Shown piece after piece: positions 27,086 through 35,775 of a DNA stretch of 64,000 nucleotides. Below the pieces are notes generated by a model. That model saw nothing but the letters and a program-made list of their open reading frames with translations, ran no database searches and was not told the origin of the DNA. Source of the stretch: a virus. Lineage: Duplodnaviria > Caudoviricetes. Location: positions 1-64,000 of the IMG/VR virus record IMGVR_UViG_3300020036_008739; one strand, 5' to 3'. Every line of letters starts with the position of its first letter. The first letter of the stretch is position 1. The translations under genes and the position numbers were made by a program.

Positions 27086-27924
27086 TGCCTTACTCCCCCT
27101 CCACAACCAATGTGGTCACTAGAAATGATGTATTTCCAGCAGGTAAATCTCATTTTATTTGGGCTTACTCTGGGATAGAGACCACTTATGTGGAGGATTT
27201 TGTTCCAATTAAACTCCCTCAAAACAGAGACTTCTCGGTCAAATACACAAAAAGAGCTAGACGAGAATTTAAGCTGAGCTTTGATTTAATGAGGTACTTA
27301 GAAGAATCTCCAGAAAACCCTGAAAAGCTTAGCTTAAACCAGTTAGAAGATTTCTACTACACCCATCGAGAAGCTAAACCTTTTTACTTCAATCACACGA
27401 TTTACGGTGTTTTAAAGGTTCGCTTCAAGGAACCGATTGGGTTAGATTTCAAGAAAGGCAACAATGGTTGGGTGTCTGGGTTTACTTGTTCTTTGGTAGA
27501 GATGGTTGAGGATGACAACCCTTTCCAACGAGGTAAGACTTTCACCTCCAATTTATACCCCTTCATGGGCTGTACTTTTGAAACAACATATCCGAAGGAT
27601 AGTAGCGCCATTATGTTAGGGGCTAACTACATCTATGCTGTAAACCATAAAGGAAAACCACAGCGTACAGTTACCCTTAATTATGATTACTTAATGTATT
27701 TCTATGATTCAAACAATAACATTGTCTTATCTCAAACACCCAATAGAAACTTAGCTTTGCTTGAGCTTTTTTACCACAGCAAACGGTTAACTGAAACCTT
27801 CAGCATAAGCCACCCATCGTTAGGTTTATTAACTGTTAGATTTAAAGAACCTTTAACCATACCAAAACTTGCAAAAAATGGTATAGTGCCTAACATTAGG
27901 GTTACTTTGGTGGAGGTCGCGTAA
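27085..27924 (+). CDS. Distal tail protein made of two tandem gpM-like domains
   Basis: Internal duplication PFYFNHTIYGVLKVRFKEPI vs TFSISHPSLGLLTVRFKEPL; start of the tail-tip cluster. Confidence 0.6.
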   Translation: MPYSPSTTNVVTRNDVFPAGKSHFIWAYSGIETTYVEDFVPIKLPQNRDFSVKYTKRARREFKLSFDLMRYLEESPENPEKLSLNQLEDFYYTHREAKPFYFNHTIYGVLKVRFKEPIGLDFKKGNNGWVSGFTCSLVEMVEDDNPFQRGKTFTSNLYPFMGCTFETTYPKDSSAIMLGANYIYAVNHKGKPQRTVTLNYDYLMYFYDSNNNIVLSQTPNRNLALLELFYHSKRLTETFSISHPSLGLLTVRFKEPLTIPKLAKNGIVPNIRVTLVEVA

Positions 27925-28391
27925 TGTTGGATAGTCAAGCACTAAGCCTAAACCCAAACCCAGTGGTTGAGCTATTCGAGATAACCCTTGTTAATGGGCA
28001 AGGGGTTTTTAGGTTTGCGCCTAAAGAAGACACTTTGTTCCAAGGTGAAAACTTTGAGCAGTATGTTATCAGTATAGAAGGTGTCGGTACTAATGCGGTT
28101 GGTGAGAACATCAGACCAACGCTAACCGTTCTCAACCCATTAGGCGGTATGCTAACTTCAAAAGTAAAAGATGGGTTGCTTGAGAATGCTAGAGTCCAGC
28201 GGTATTTAATCGTAGAGGTCGCAGATAGCACTTTTCAGCAAATATCCGTTTATACATGGTATGTGTCTCAAATAAAAACCATCAACAGACAGTACATTGT
28301 TTTAGAGTTGCGGACAGCTTCGGATTACCCCTCTTGCCAACTGCCACCTAACCGATACTACCCACCAGAGTATCCGAGGGTGATCTTATGA
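27924..28391 (+). CDS. Minor tail protein L-like
   Basis: PVVELFEITL...RPTLTV.NP.G motifs typical of lambda gpL N-terminal domain. Confidence 0.7.
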   Translation: MLDSQALSLNPNPVVELFEITLVNGQGVFRFAPKEDTLFQGENFEQYVISIEGVGTNAVGENIRPTLTVLNPLGGMLTSKVKDGLLENARVQRYLIVEVADSTFQQISVYTWYVSQIKTINRQYIVLELRTASDYPSCQLPPNRYYPPEYPRVIL

Positions 28392-28843
28392 ATGAGTATC
28401 TTCATTTATTGGGTGTTCCTTACTTGGAAGGTAAGGACGATTGTTACGGTCTTGTCAGAGCCTATTTTAAACACAACTACCAAGTAGTGCTCCCAAACTA
28501 CGCCAGACCTTTGGCTTTCGATCATGGGGGTATTGACTTGATTGGGGCTTTAAAAAACAATGAAGATTGTGAAGTTGTACCTGCGGCAAAAGCCTTCCTT
28601 AAAACTGGAGATGTGTTGATATTCTCAGTTCGCAGTGACCGAGATAACCACTTTGGTATTTATGTTGGAAACAACATGTTTATCCACCATCTGATTAATC
28701 GACGATCAGAAGAAAGTAACATTGACTCAGTTTGGTTTAACCGACTAACAACGGTTTTACGCCATAAAGAAGCCAAGCAAACAGAGACAAAAAGCGTATG
28801 GGATTTCTTAACGGATCAGCAGAAGGGGAAATTCAATGTTTGA
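28388..28843 (+). CDS. NlpC/P60 tail-tip peptidase (gpK C-terminal-like)
   Basis: DCYGLVR, HFGIY, FIHH catalytic motifs. Confidence 0.85.
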   Translation: MNEYLHLLGVPYLEGKDDCYGLVRAYFKHNYQVVLPNYARPLAFDHGGIDLIGALKNNEDCEVVPAAKAFLKTGDVLIFSVRSDRDNHFGIYVGNNMFIHHLINRRSEESNIDSVWFNRLTTVLRHKEAKQTETKSVWDFLTDQQKGKFNV

Positions 28844-29141
28844 TCTTGCTTCCTTCTGGAACCCAAACGTGGAACGTTGCGGTTATATAACTAAGAGTTT
28901 AGAAGTTGTCGAGCTTAACAATGAGAGTTTAAATCCCGACAACCACTTCCAAATGGTTTTGCCGGAAAACACCAACAACATAAGCCATCTATGGCATACC
29001 CACCCAAAGGGATCAGCTAATTTAAGTATTGACGACTATAAGGCATTTGTAAAGTTGCCTCAGTATAAGCATCTAATAATCTCTAAAGATGAGATCAGGG
29101 AGTATTACGTTATTAATGGTGTTGTCTACCAGACCGAATAA
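28836..29141 (+). CDS. JAB/MPN domain tail assembly protein (gpK N-terminal-like)
   Basis: ERCGYI, WHTHP, SIDD JAMM motif. Confidence 0.85.
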   Translation: MFDLASFWNPNVERCGYITKSLEVVELNNESLNPDNHFQMVLPENTNNISHLWHTHPKGSANLSIDDYKAFVKLPQYKHLIISKDEIREYYVINGVVYQTE

Positions 29142-29150
29142 GGTTAAAAT
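29122..29150 (+). promoter_or_regulatory. Sigma70-like promoter TTGTCT-N17-TAAAAT upstream of the gpI-like gene
   Basis: Exact spacing; overlaps an RBS-sequestering hairpin. Confidence 0.55.
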
Positions 29151-29173
29151 CCTTCTATGTTGGAGGATTACCC

Positions 29174-29893
29174 ATGCTTTTACGATTTTCAGAAGCTTTG
29201 CACTACCTTTTTCCCTGTGAGATTGAGGTAACGGCTTCGACTGTTTATGAAGCCCTATATGGGGTCTTTAGTCAGCACCCCTTGAAAGGAAAGCTAAAAA
29301 AGAAACCAACAGTATTCGTTAAAGGTTTTACTTCTCACTCAGCTTTAACAGCACCGACCAACGTGAAAGAGATTTATATTGACGTACTTCCAGAGTCAGA
29401 CTTCTACTCCGGTTCTGGAGCCACACCAAAAAAGCAAGGGGTTACTCAGATTCTCTTGGCTGTAGCTTTTGTAGCAGTTTCATTCATGTTACCAGCCAGT
29501 TCAGCAGCCTTAGCTGGCAGTTTACGGCTGACCGCACTCTCGATGGCTATTACTGGAGCAATGCAATACTACACTGCTCAGCCAGAAATGAAGGAAGATC
29601 AGAAGGAACGTAAAGGTCGTTATTTTTCTGGCAGCAAGATGACCACAGAAGCAGGTACACCCATTCAGCTTATCCTTGGTACGTTTCGGGTTGCTCCGCA
29701 AGTAATCTCGGTAAACATCGACACTTTCAAATTCTCCGGTTTAGAGGATTTGAAAACCTCGGTTTACTTTAAAGAAAAAGCAGATGAAGCTATTTCTGAG
29801 GAAAACATTGATTTGTTTTATGGCGCAATTAACGCTGGGGCTACTGAGCTAGTCCAAGTTTCCAACACCACTAGAACTGGTTCGGAGTTTTAA
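29174..29893 (+). CDS. Tail assembly protein I-like
   Basis: Ubiquitin-like N-terminus, hydrophobic middle segment, GTPIQLILG motif. Confidence 0.75.
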   Translation: MLLRFSEALHYLFPCEIEVTASTVYEALYGVFSQHPLKGKLKKKPTVFVKGFTSHSALTAPTNVKEIYIDVLPESDFYSGSGATPKKQGVTQILLAVAFVAVSFMLPASSAALAGSLRLTALSMAITGAMQYYTAQPEMKEDQKERKGRYFSGSKMTTEAGTPIQLILGTFRVAPQVISVNIDTFKFSGLEDLKTSVYFKEKADEAISEENIDLFYGAINAGATELVQVSNTTRTGSEF

Positions 29894-29895
29894 GC

Positions 29896-32800
29896 ATGTC
29901 TAAGAATTACCCTGTGGTTGTTTACCAAGGCTCTGGTGGTGTAAAACAGGTTCAACAAGACCCAGATAACTTGTTTGGGCGTGAGGTTGTTGAGATGTTC
30001 CTTGGTTACGGCCAAGGCGTGGTTTATGGTTTGGAGAATGGCTTAAATTCAGTCCTTGTTGACGGCTCTCCTTTAGTCAACGCCTCTGGTGAGCTAAACA
30101 TCGAAGAGTTTGTTTTCAGTTTCCATCAAGGGTATGAAGATGATACCCGTGTTAAATTCATTCTCTCTGGTGAAAGCTCGATTGATCAAAGCTCTGCTGG
30201 CCAATTACTGCATGATCAGGTTAAGGTCTTTGATATTTCTGGGGTGGACATCCAAGATTTAAGTCAAATCGACCTACGGTTTAACATTCCTGCCCTGTAT
30301 TACATCCATATCTATGACCGTAATTATTTAGAGCATTACATCGCTCTTGAGATCAGATACAGATTCCCGAACAAAGACCCTAACAAATGGTACTATATCG
30401 GGAATGAAGCTGCCTACAAAGCTGGTCGAACCATCTACAACCAAGATGGTACTTTGATGGGCAATAAAAGTGGTCGCAGCGAATCGCTTCGATTAAGGCT
30501 GATGAGGTTCTTTGGCTATGATGGGGGGTTTGGTGTTCGACCACCCTCGGCAGCTTATACCTTTGAAGAAATTAAGAACATGTACCTGATCACAGGGCAA
30601 ACAACTACAGGCTACAATTTAGAGATTCCAGTCCCTTTAAAGTTTAAAGGGGAGGATGTTCAGATTGAAATCCGTAAACTTAAAATAGCCAAATCTACTC
30701 TTGCTCAAAATGAGAGGGACAATAACCCAGATCAAAAGAGCAGTATCTTTTACATCGAAAGTAATTATATTGGTGTGCCTGAGAAGACCTATGCTGGTTT
30801 AGCAGGTGCGCATATTGTGGCAGGGGTTACTGATCGTTTTCAAAACCTACCAGACATCATTCTAACTCTGAAAGGTCAGATTGTCGATGTTCCTATCAAC
30901 TATAATTCAGAGACCAAGGTTTACGATGGGGAGTGGTTTGGTTCCAGCTTTAAAAAAGCATGGACAGATAACCCTGTTTGGATTCTTCGCTTTTTTATCA
31001 TGAATCCAAAACTGGGTCTTCGTCGAGTAAGACCCCAACTTATGGTTAATGAGTTTGAGTTTTATGAAGCTGCCCAATACTGTGATCAGAAAATCAAAGA
31101 CGTGGATGGGCAATTTAAAATTCACCGATATACCTACAACGATCTGGTTTCAGAAATACGGGACTTTACCGAGTTTTTAGATTATGTAGCAGGTACATTT
31201 AATGCCAAGTTGGTAGATTATGGTGATTCCTTTGGCTTACGAGTTGACGGTTTAAACACCGAAGTGAAAATGCAATTTACCATTGAAGGCATCACTGTCG
31301 ATGGTTTTAGTTATTCCTTTTCTGCTTTAGAAACTCGATACAATGAAATCAAAGTAACTTTCCTCAATAAAGAGTTAGATTACTCTGAAGATCGAAGACG
31401 CATTTTCAACCAAACCTCAATAGATACTTACGGCTTAATGTCTTATGACTTCCAAGCGGTTGGCTGTACCAACTTTAAAGAGGCTTTGAGAAAAGCTTAT
31501 TACTTGATGCTGACCAACCAAACAGAGTACATCAGCGTATCATTCCAAGTACCACGCCTTGGTATCTATTTAAGCCCTTTTGATGTCATTAGTATCTGCG
31601 ATGAGTCTATGGGTTGGGGTGTTTCTGGCAAAGTAAATACCTATGATGCTGAGAAGATTTATCTTCGAGACGCTTTAAGCAGCCTTAACTCTGGCGAATA
31701 TACCTTGGAGTTGCAAACCCGATATGGTTTAGTCGATACCTTGGTTATGTTTGATCAAGAACAGCCATACGAGTTGGTGTTTCAAGACGAAACTTTCTAT
31801 TCCGAATATGGCAATATCGAGGGCTTAAACTTCAGTCTGTCTTCTGAAGATGTGGGCAAACCTCAAACTTTTAAAGTGCTGAATACTTCTGAAGTATCTG
31901 GTGGTTCAGACCTTTATGCAGTAGAAGCTGTTCTCTTAAACAGCGGAAAATATGCGAAGGTGGACAACGTCCTAGTTTCTGGTGGTTCAGATGGTATTGT
32001 AGTACCTTTGGTCGGCTCTAACTCCCTCTCCCAATACAATCAAACCCCTGACAAACCAGCAATGTCTGTTGTTAGTGGCAAGTATATTGTTGACTCTGAT
32101 GGGGACTTAGAGGTTCGGTGTGTAATATCTGGGGCTGATCCTAAAGCTAAACGCTGGAGAGTTGTCTACTCCAAAGCTGGTCTGGGGTCTAATCCAACCA
32201 CACTTAACCTTAATGTTCGTCAATTCTCAGTACCTAAAGCTAACGATGGAGATTCTTATAGTTTCCAAGTATTCGCTTATTCTGCTGGTGGTAAAGAGTC
32301 ACCAAAAAGAATTGTCAATCATTTAGTAGAGGTTGATGAGCTTCAAGAAATGCCAGCCCCATTTGACTTCAAAGTCACCAACTTTGATGAAAATACACGC
32401 ATGGTTACAGCTTCTTGGGCAGATTATGCCTACAGCACTAGAGAAGCTTATTACCTTAAGGTGTTTTCTGGCTCTACAGAAATGGCCTCTATCTTAGTAG
32501 GGAACCCAGTAGCCTCAACCCACACCTTCTTCTTTACAGCCCCTGTCGGAAACTATGAGGTTAGAATCTATCCGGTAGAAGCTGGCCTTATGTCTAGCAG
32601 CTTTAATTCAGAGGTTTTAACCATCACAACCACAATGATTCCAGCACCTTTATCTGGCTCAGTTGATTATGATGAAACGACAACACCAAAGAGTGTTAAA
32701 GCTTCATGGCTTGCTCGCCCAGAACCTCAGCTTTTGGATTATTACTTAGCTTATACTGTTAATTCAGGGGCAGTAACTGAGCTATATTTAACCGACAACT

Positions 32801-34746
32801 TTAAAAATGTCAGCTTGTCTGTTGGTGGGGATTATTTATTCAGCATTAAAACCCGAAGCTTGGATGGGGTTCTATCCACAGATGTTTTAGAGTTGAATTT
32901 TGCTGCTGGGGATGTTCAACTAGCCGCTCCAGAAAATGGTCAGATATTCGTCTTTGGAGATCAGTTAAAAGCTGAATGGGAGGAGAATACTTCTGCTTAT
33001 TTTCTTGAGTTTGATGTTGAGATTTACCGTGATGGGGTTTTAGAGAGTTTAACCACTACAGATAACTTCATTGTTTTTGACTCAGAGCCAGACACAAACT
33101 ACTTGGTTAAGGTAAGGGCTAAATCAACCTTTAATTTAACTTCTTTGGACTCCCTAGATTTAACATACAGTTTAGACAACGTGGTTCTTAATGCCCCAGA
33201 AGGAGTTTCGTTGAGCCTAGATTTTAATCCAACAAAGCTTGTATTGGCTTTATCTTGTTCGGACTTCACCAGTGAGTTTTTCAAAGCCTTTAAAGTTGAG
33301 TATTATTTGGGTGGGGTTTTGCAAACCACACAATACCCAACTACTTTAAACTCTAGTTTTGAGATCACAACTACAGGTTTATGGTCAGTAAAAGTATTTA
33401 CCCAATCCATCACTAACCAACTGTCGGCTGAGGCTTCTGATTCTCTTCAAGTTGACGTACTTTATGAGCCGTTAAAGCTAGAGATAACCTCAGATATTCT
33501 CGATGGTTTAAATTTGTGGGATTACTTTCAAGCCAATTACTCTGGAGATTATGCTACCGAGTATGGCTCAGTTTACTATGTTGACTTCATTATTAAGTCA
33601 GGAATCATGGTGACATCCTCGGATGCTGCTTTACCTGCGATTGTTAAAGATTCCAACTGGCCTAATGGTTCTGTCCCAAGAGTGATTATTGAGCCAGATG
33701 GCATAGCCGCTGGCCGTGGTGGCAGAGCAGGAAAATCCGCAGTTTTCGTTGGCTCTTCTGCGGTAGATAGTTTGGGTGTTCAAGAGTGGCTTAGTTTACC
33801 TGCTGAGAATGGTCAAACTGGAGGGACTTGCTTCTTGGTCGATCATGCCGAACCATTGGTGGTCGTTAATCAGGGCATTTGCGCTGGAGGAGGAGGAGGT
33901 CAAGGGGGACACGGAGGTTTTGTGGTTAACCGAAACATCACCAGCTTTAATCAATATTACGCCCACTTTATCCACGCATCTTCAGGGGGTGGAGCGCCTT
34001 ATGGTAAAAAGCAATACCGCCCAAGTGATTATGAGTTTATGGTTGAGCATTACGGCTTTCCAGAGTACAACACACTAACTACGGCTGTAGACTCCCCACA
34101 TAAAGCTTATTGGTATTGGTATGCCGACACTGGTCAAGTTAGACAATCAACTTCTGGTTTACCAACAATCACCACTGTGTCTGGGTTTCCTACCGAATTG
34201 GTTCTTGCTGGTTACGACAGCGTATGGGCTTCTGCAACTTTTTACGTTGGTAATGAAGGGCAAACAAGCCCAACGTATGATCCTGACGTATACGCTCAAA
34301 AAAGAGATCGCTTAGGTAATGCCTACTATAACAATCAAGGAGAGTTAACCTATGCTGAGGCGGTACGAGACAATGTGTTTAACTCTGAAGACGGTGGCAG
34401 ATTATCCGGTGGTCGAGGAGGTCTACCTCTTTCCTTTAGACACGAATCTAACTTATACAATGTGTTAGGTTTTATTGATTACACCAACGCTGAGGTCGAG
34501 GTCTTTAAAAACCGCTATGGTTTAGGTAAGGGAGGGGACATCGGCTTAAAAGGTAGCGATGGTAAAGACTTCACTGAAGTAGTTAGATTGAACAGTAGCC
34601 TTGTAGGGCTTCAATTTCTCTCACTAACTGACCAAAGCAAATATCTTAAAGCTCAGGAATCAGGAGGGCTTGGTGGCCAAGCTGGTTTTGTTTGGGAAGG
34701 TATCGGGGGTATTTCTCTCACGGGGAACCCCCCAATAGGTCGATAA
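29896..34746 (+). CDS. Central tail fibre/tip protein J with FN3-like repeats and glycine-rich C-terminal adhesin
   Basis: AWTDNPVWIL, FYEAAQYCD, RYNEIKVTFL, GCTNFKEALR gpJ motifs; C-terminal GRGG/GGGGG motifs. Confidence 0.9.
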   Translation: MSKNYPVVVYQGSGGVKQVQQDPDNLFGREVVEMFLGYGQGVVYGLENGLNSVLVDGSPLVNASGELNIEEFVFSFHQGYEDDTRVKFILSGESSIDQSSAGQLLHDQVKVFDISGVDIQDLSQIDLRFNIPALYYIHIYDRNYLEHYIALEIRYRFPNKDPNKWYYIGNEAAYKAGRTIYNQDGTLMGNKSGRSESLRLRLMRFFGYDGGFGVRPPSAAYTFEEIKNMYLITGQTTTGYNLEIPVPLKFKGEDVQIEIRKLKIAKSTLAQNERDNNPDQKSSIFYIESNYIGVPEKTYAGLAGAHIVAGVTDRFQNLPDIILTLKGQIVDVPINYNSETKVYDGEWFGSSFKKAWTDNPVWILRFFIMNPKLGLRRVRPQLMVNEFEFYEAAQYCDQKIKDVDGQFKIHRYTYNDLVSEIRDFTEFLDYVAGTFNAKLVDYGDSFGLRVDGLNTEVKMQFTIEGITVDGFSYSFSALETRYNEIKVTFLNKELDYSEDRRRIFNQTSIDTYGLMSYDFQAVGCTNFKEALRKAYYLMLTNQTEYISVSFQVPRLGIYLSPFDVISICDESMGWGVSGKVNTYDAEKIYLRDALSSLNSGEYTLELQTRYGLVDTLVMFDQEQPYELVFQDETFYSEYGNIEGLNFSLSSEDVGKPQTFKVLNTSEVSGGSDLYAVEAVLLNSGKYAKVDNVLVSGGSDGIVVPLVGSNSLSQYNQTPDKPAMSVVSGKYIVDSDGDLEVRCVISGADPKAKRWRVVYSKAGLGSNPTTLNLNVRQFSVPKANDGDSYSFQVFAYSAGGKESPKRIVNHLVEVDELQEMPAPFDFKVTNFDENTRMVTASWADYAYSTREAYYLKVFSGSTEMASILVGNPVASTHTFFFTAPVGNYEVRIYPVEAGLMSSSFNSEVLTITTTMIPAPLSGSVDYDETTTPKSVKASWLARPEPQLLDYYLAYTVNSGAVTELYLTDNFKNVSLSVGGDYLFSIKTRSLDGVLSTDVLELNFAAGDVQLAAPENGQIFVFGDQLKAEWEENTSAYFLEFDVEIYRDGVLESLTTTDNFIVFDSEPDTNYLVKVRAKSTFNLTSLDSLDLTYSLDNVVLNAPEGVSLSLDFNPTKLVLALSCSDFTSEFFKAFKVEYYLGGVLQTTQYPTTLNSSFEITTTGLWSVKVFTQSITNQLSAEASDSLQVDVLYEPLKLEITSDILDGLNLWDYFQANYSGDYATEYGSVYYVDFIIKSGIMVTSSDAALPAIVKDSNWPNGSVPRVIIEPDGIAAGRGGRAGKSAVFVGSSAVDSLGVQEWLSLPAENGQTGGTCFLVDHAEPLVVVNQGICAGGGGGQGGHGGFVVNRNITSFNQYYAHFIHASSGGGAPYGKKQYRPSDYEFMVEHYGFPEYNTLTTAVDSPHKAYWYWYADTGQVRQSTSGLPTITTVSGFPTELVLAGYDSVWASATFYVGNEGQTSPTYDPDVYAQKRDRLGNAYYNNQGELTYAEAVRDNVFNSEDGGRLSGGRGGLPLSFRHESNLYNVLGFIDYTNAEVEVFKNRYGLGKGGDIGLKGSDGKDFTEVVRLNSSLVGLQFLSLTDQSKYLKAQESGGLGGQAGFVWEGIGGISLTGNPPIGR

Positions 34747-34747
34747 A

Positions 34748-34775
34748 AATAAAGCCCCTTTACAGGGGCTTTATT
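34748..34775. terminator. Bidirectional terminator where the two transcription arms converge
   Basis: Perfect 12-bp inverted repeat AATAAAGCCCCT-TTAC-AGGGGCTTTATT between convergent stop codons. Confidence 0.9.
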
Positions 34776-34777
34776 AA

Positions 34778-35770
34778 TTAGATCACTTCTCGCAGTTTCT
34801 CAAAGGCTTCGTTCCAAGTGCCAGTTAGAGAAGCACCTGAATAACTGGTGACAGCCACTTCAAAGTAGTTCTCCATAACTTGATCACCAAGTACGCGCTC
34901 TAGCCACTCCAAGCGGTTCTGCTCCAAACCTTTGAAGATAGGATCAAAACCAAGTTGTAGGTAACGCTTGTTGGATAGGTGCTTCAAGAAGAGAATCACA
35001 TCTTCTTTCGGTAGTTTTTCATCGTTGCCAATCTCGTAGCAAACGTTCAAAAATTCTACTTCAGTATTGAAGCAAATCCAGAAGTGCTCATCAATCTTCT
35101 CTTTAAGAAGATATAGGTCAAGGTCTGGATTCTCAGCCAATTCTTGATGGAAGGTTCGGACATTGCCTTGGACATGCAAGTTTTCGTCGCGGATAGAGTA
35201 ATCCACGGTCTGCCCCATACCCATCATGCAGCCATAAGCGTGTGGCGCGTTCAGAAGTACAGCAAATGTCCCAAACAACTGCAACCCTTCGCCAAAGCAG
35301 CCTTGAGTTGCAAGAAACAATGCGCGATCAAAAGCACTGTTTGGATCAGGGTCAAGAGATTTGAAAAACTCATGCTTGTCTTTCATGACTTGGATATTCA
35401 TGAAAGCCGAGTAGTCGCTTTCAGGCAAACCCAACTGATCAATCAAGCGGCTGTATGCGTCAATATGAATGGCTTCATACGCAGCAAACTGCGAGAACAT
35501 CATCTTCAACTCTGGCTTCTTGTACCAACGCAGAATGTGGTCAGTATAGCCAGAGTTTACATCCGCATCCGCTTGGGTGAAGAAGCGAAACAGCGAGGAG
35601 TAAAGGTTAACCAAAGATTGTGGAAGGTTTTTCTTCCAATCGTCAACATCTTTATCCAAAGGGACATTGCTTGGTGTCCAGTGGTTGATCTCAGCCTGAG
35701 CATGGTAAAAATCATACGCCCAAGGATATTCAAAGGGACGGTAAAAATCACGGCGAACAGTCATAGTCAT
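34778..35770 (-). CDS. nrdB: Ribonucleotide reductase class Ia beta subunit
   Basis: FFTQAD, EAIHIDAY (radical Tyr present), EGLQLF, RDENLH di-iron motifs. Confidence 0.95.
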   Translation of the reverse strand: MTMTVRRDFYRPFEYPWAYDFYHAQAEINHWTPSNVPLDKDVDDWKKNLPQSLVNLYSSLFRFFTQADADVNSGYTDHILRWYKKPELKMMFSQFAAYEAIHIDAYSRLIDQLGLPESDYSAFMNIQVMKDKHEFFKSLDPDPNSAFDRALFLATQGCFGEGLQLFGTFAVLLNAPHAYGCMMGMGQTVDYSIRDENLHVQGNVRTFHQELAENPDLDLYLLKEKIDEHFWICFNTEVEFLNVCYEIGNDEKLPKEDVILFLKHLSNKRYLQLGFDPIFKGLEQNRLEWLERVLGDQVMENYFEVAVTSYSGASLTGTWNEAFEKLREVI

Positions 35771-35775
35771 GGTTA

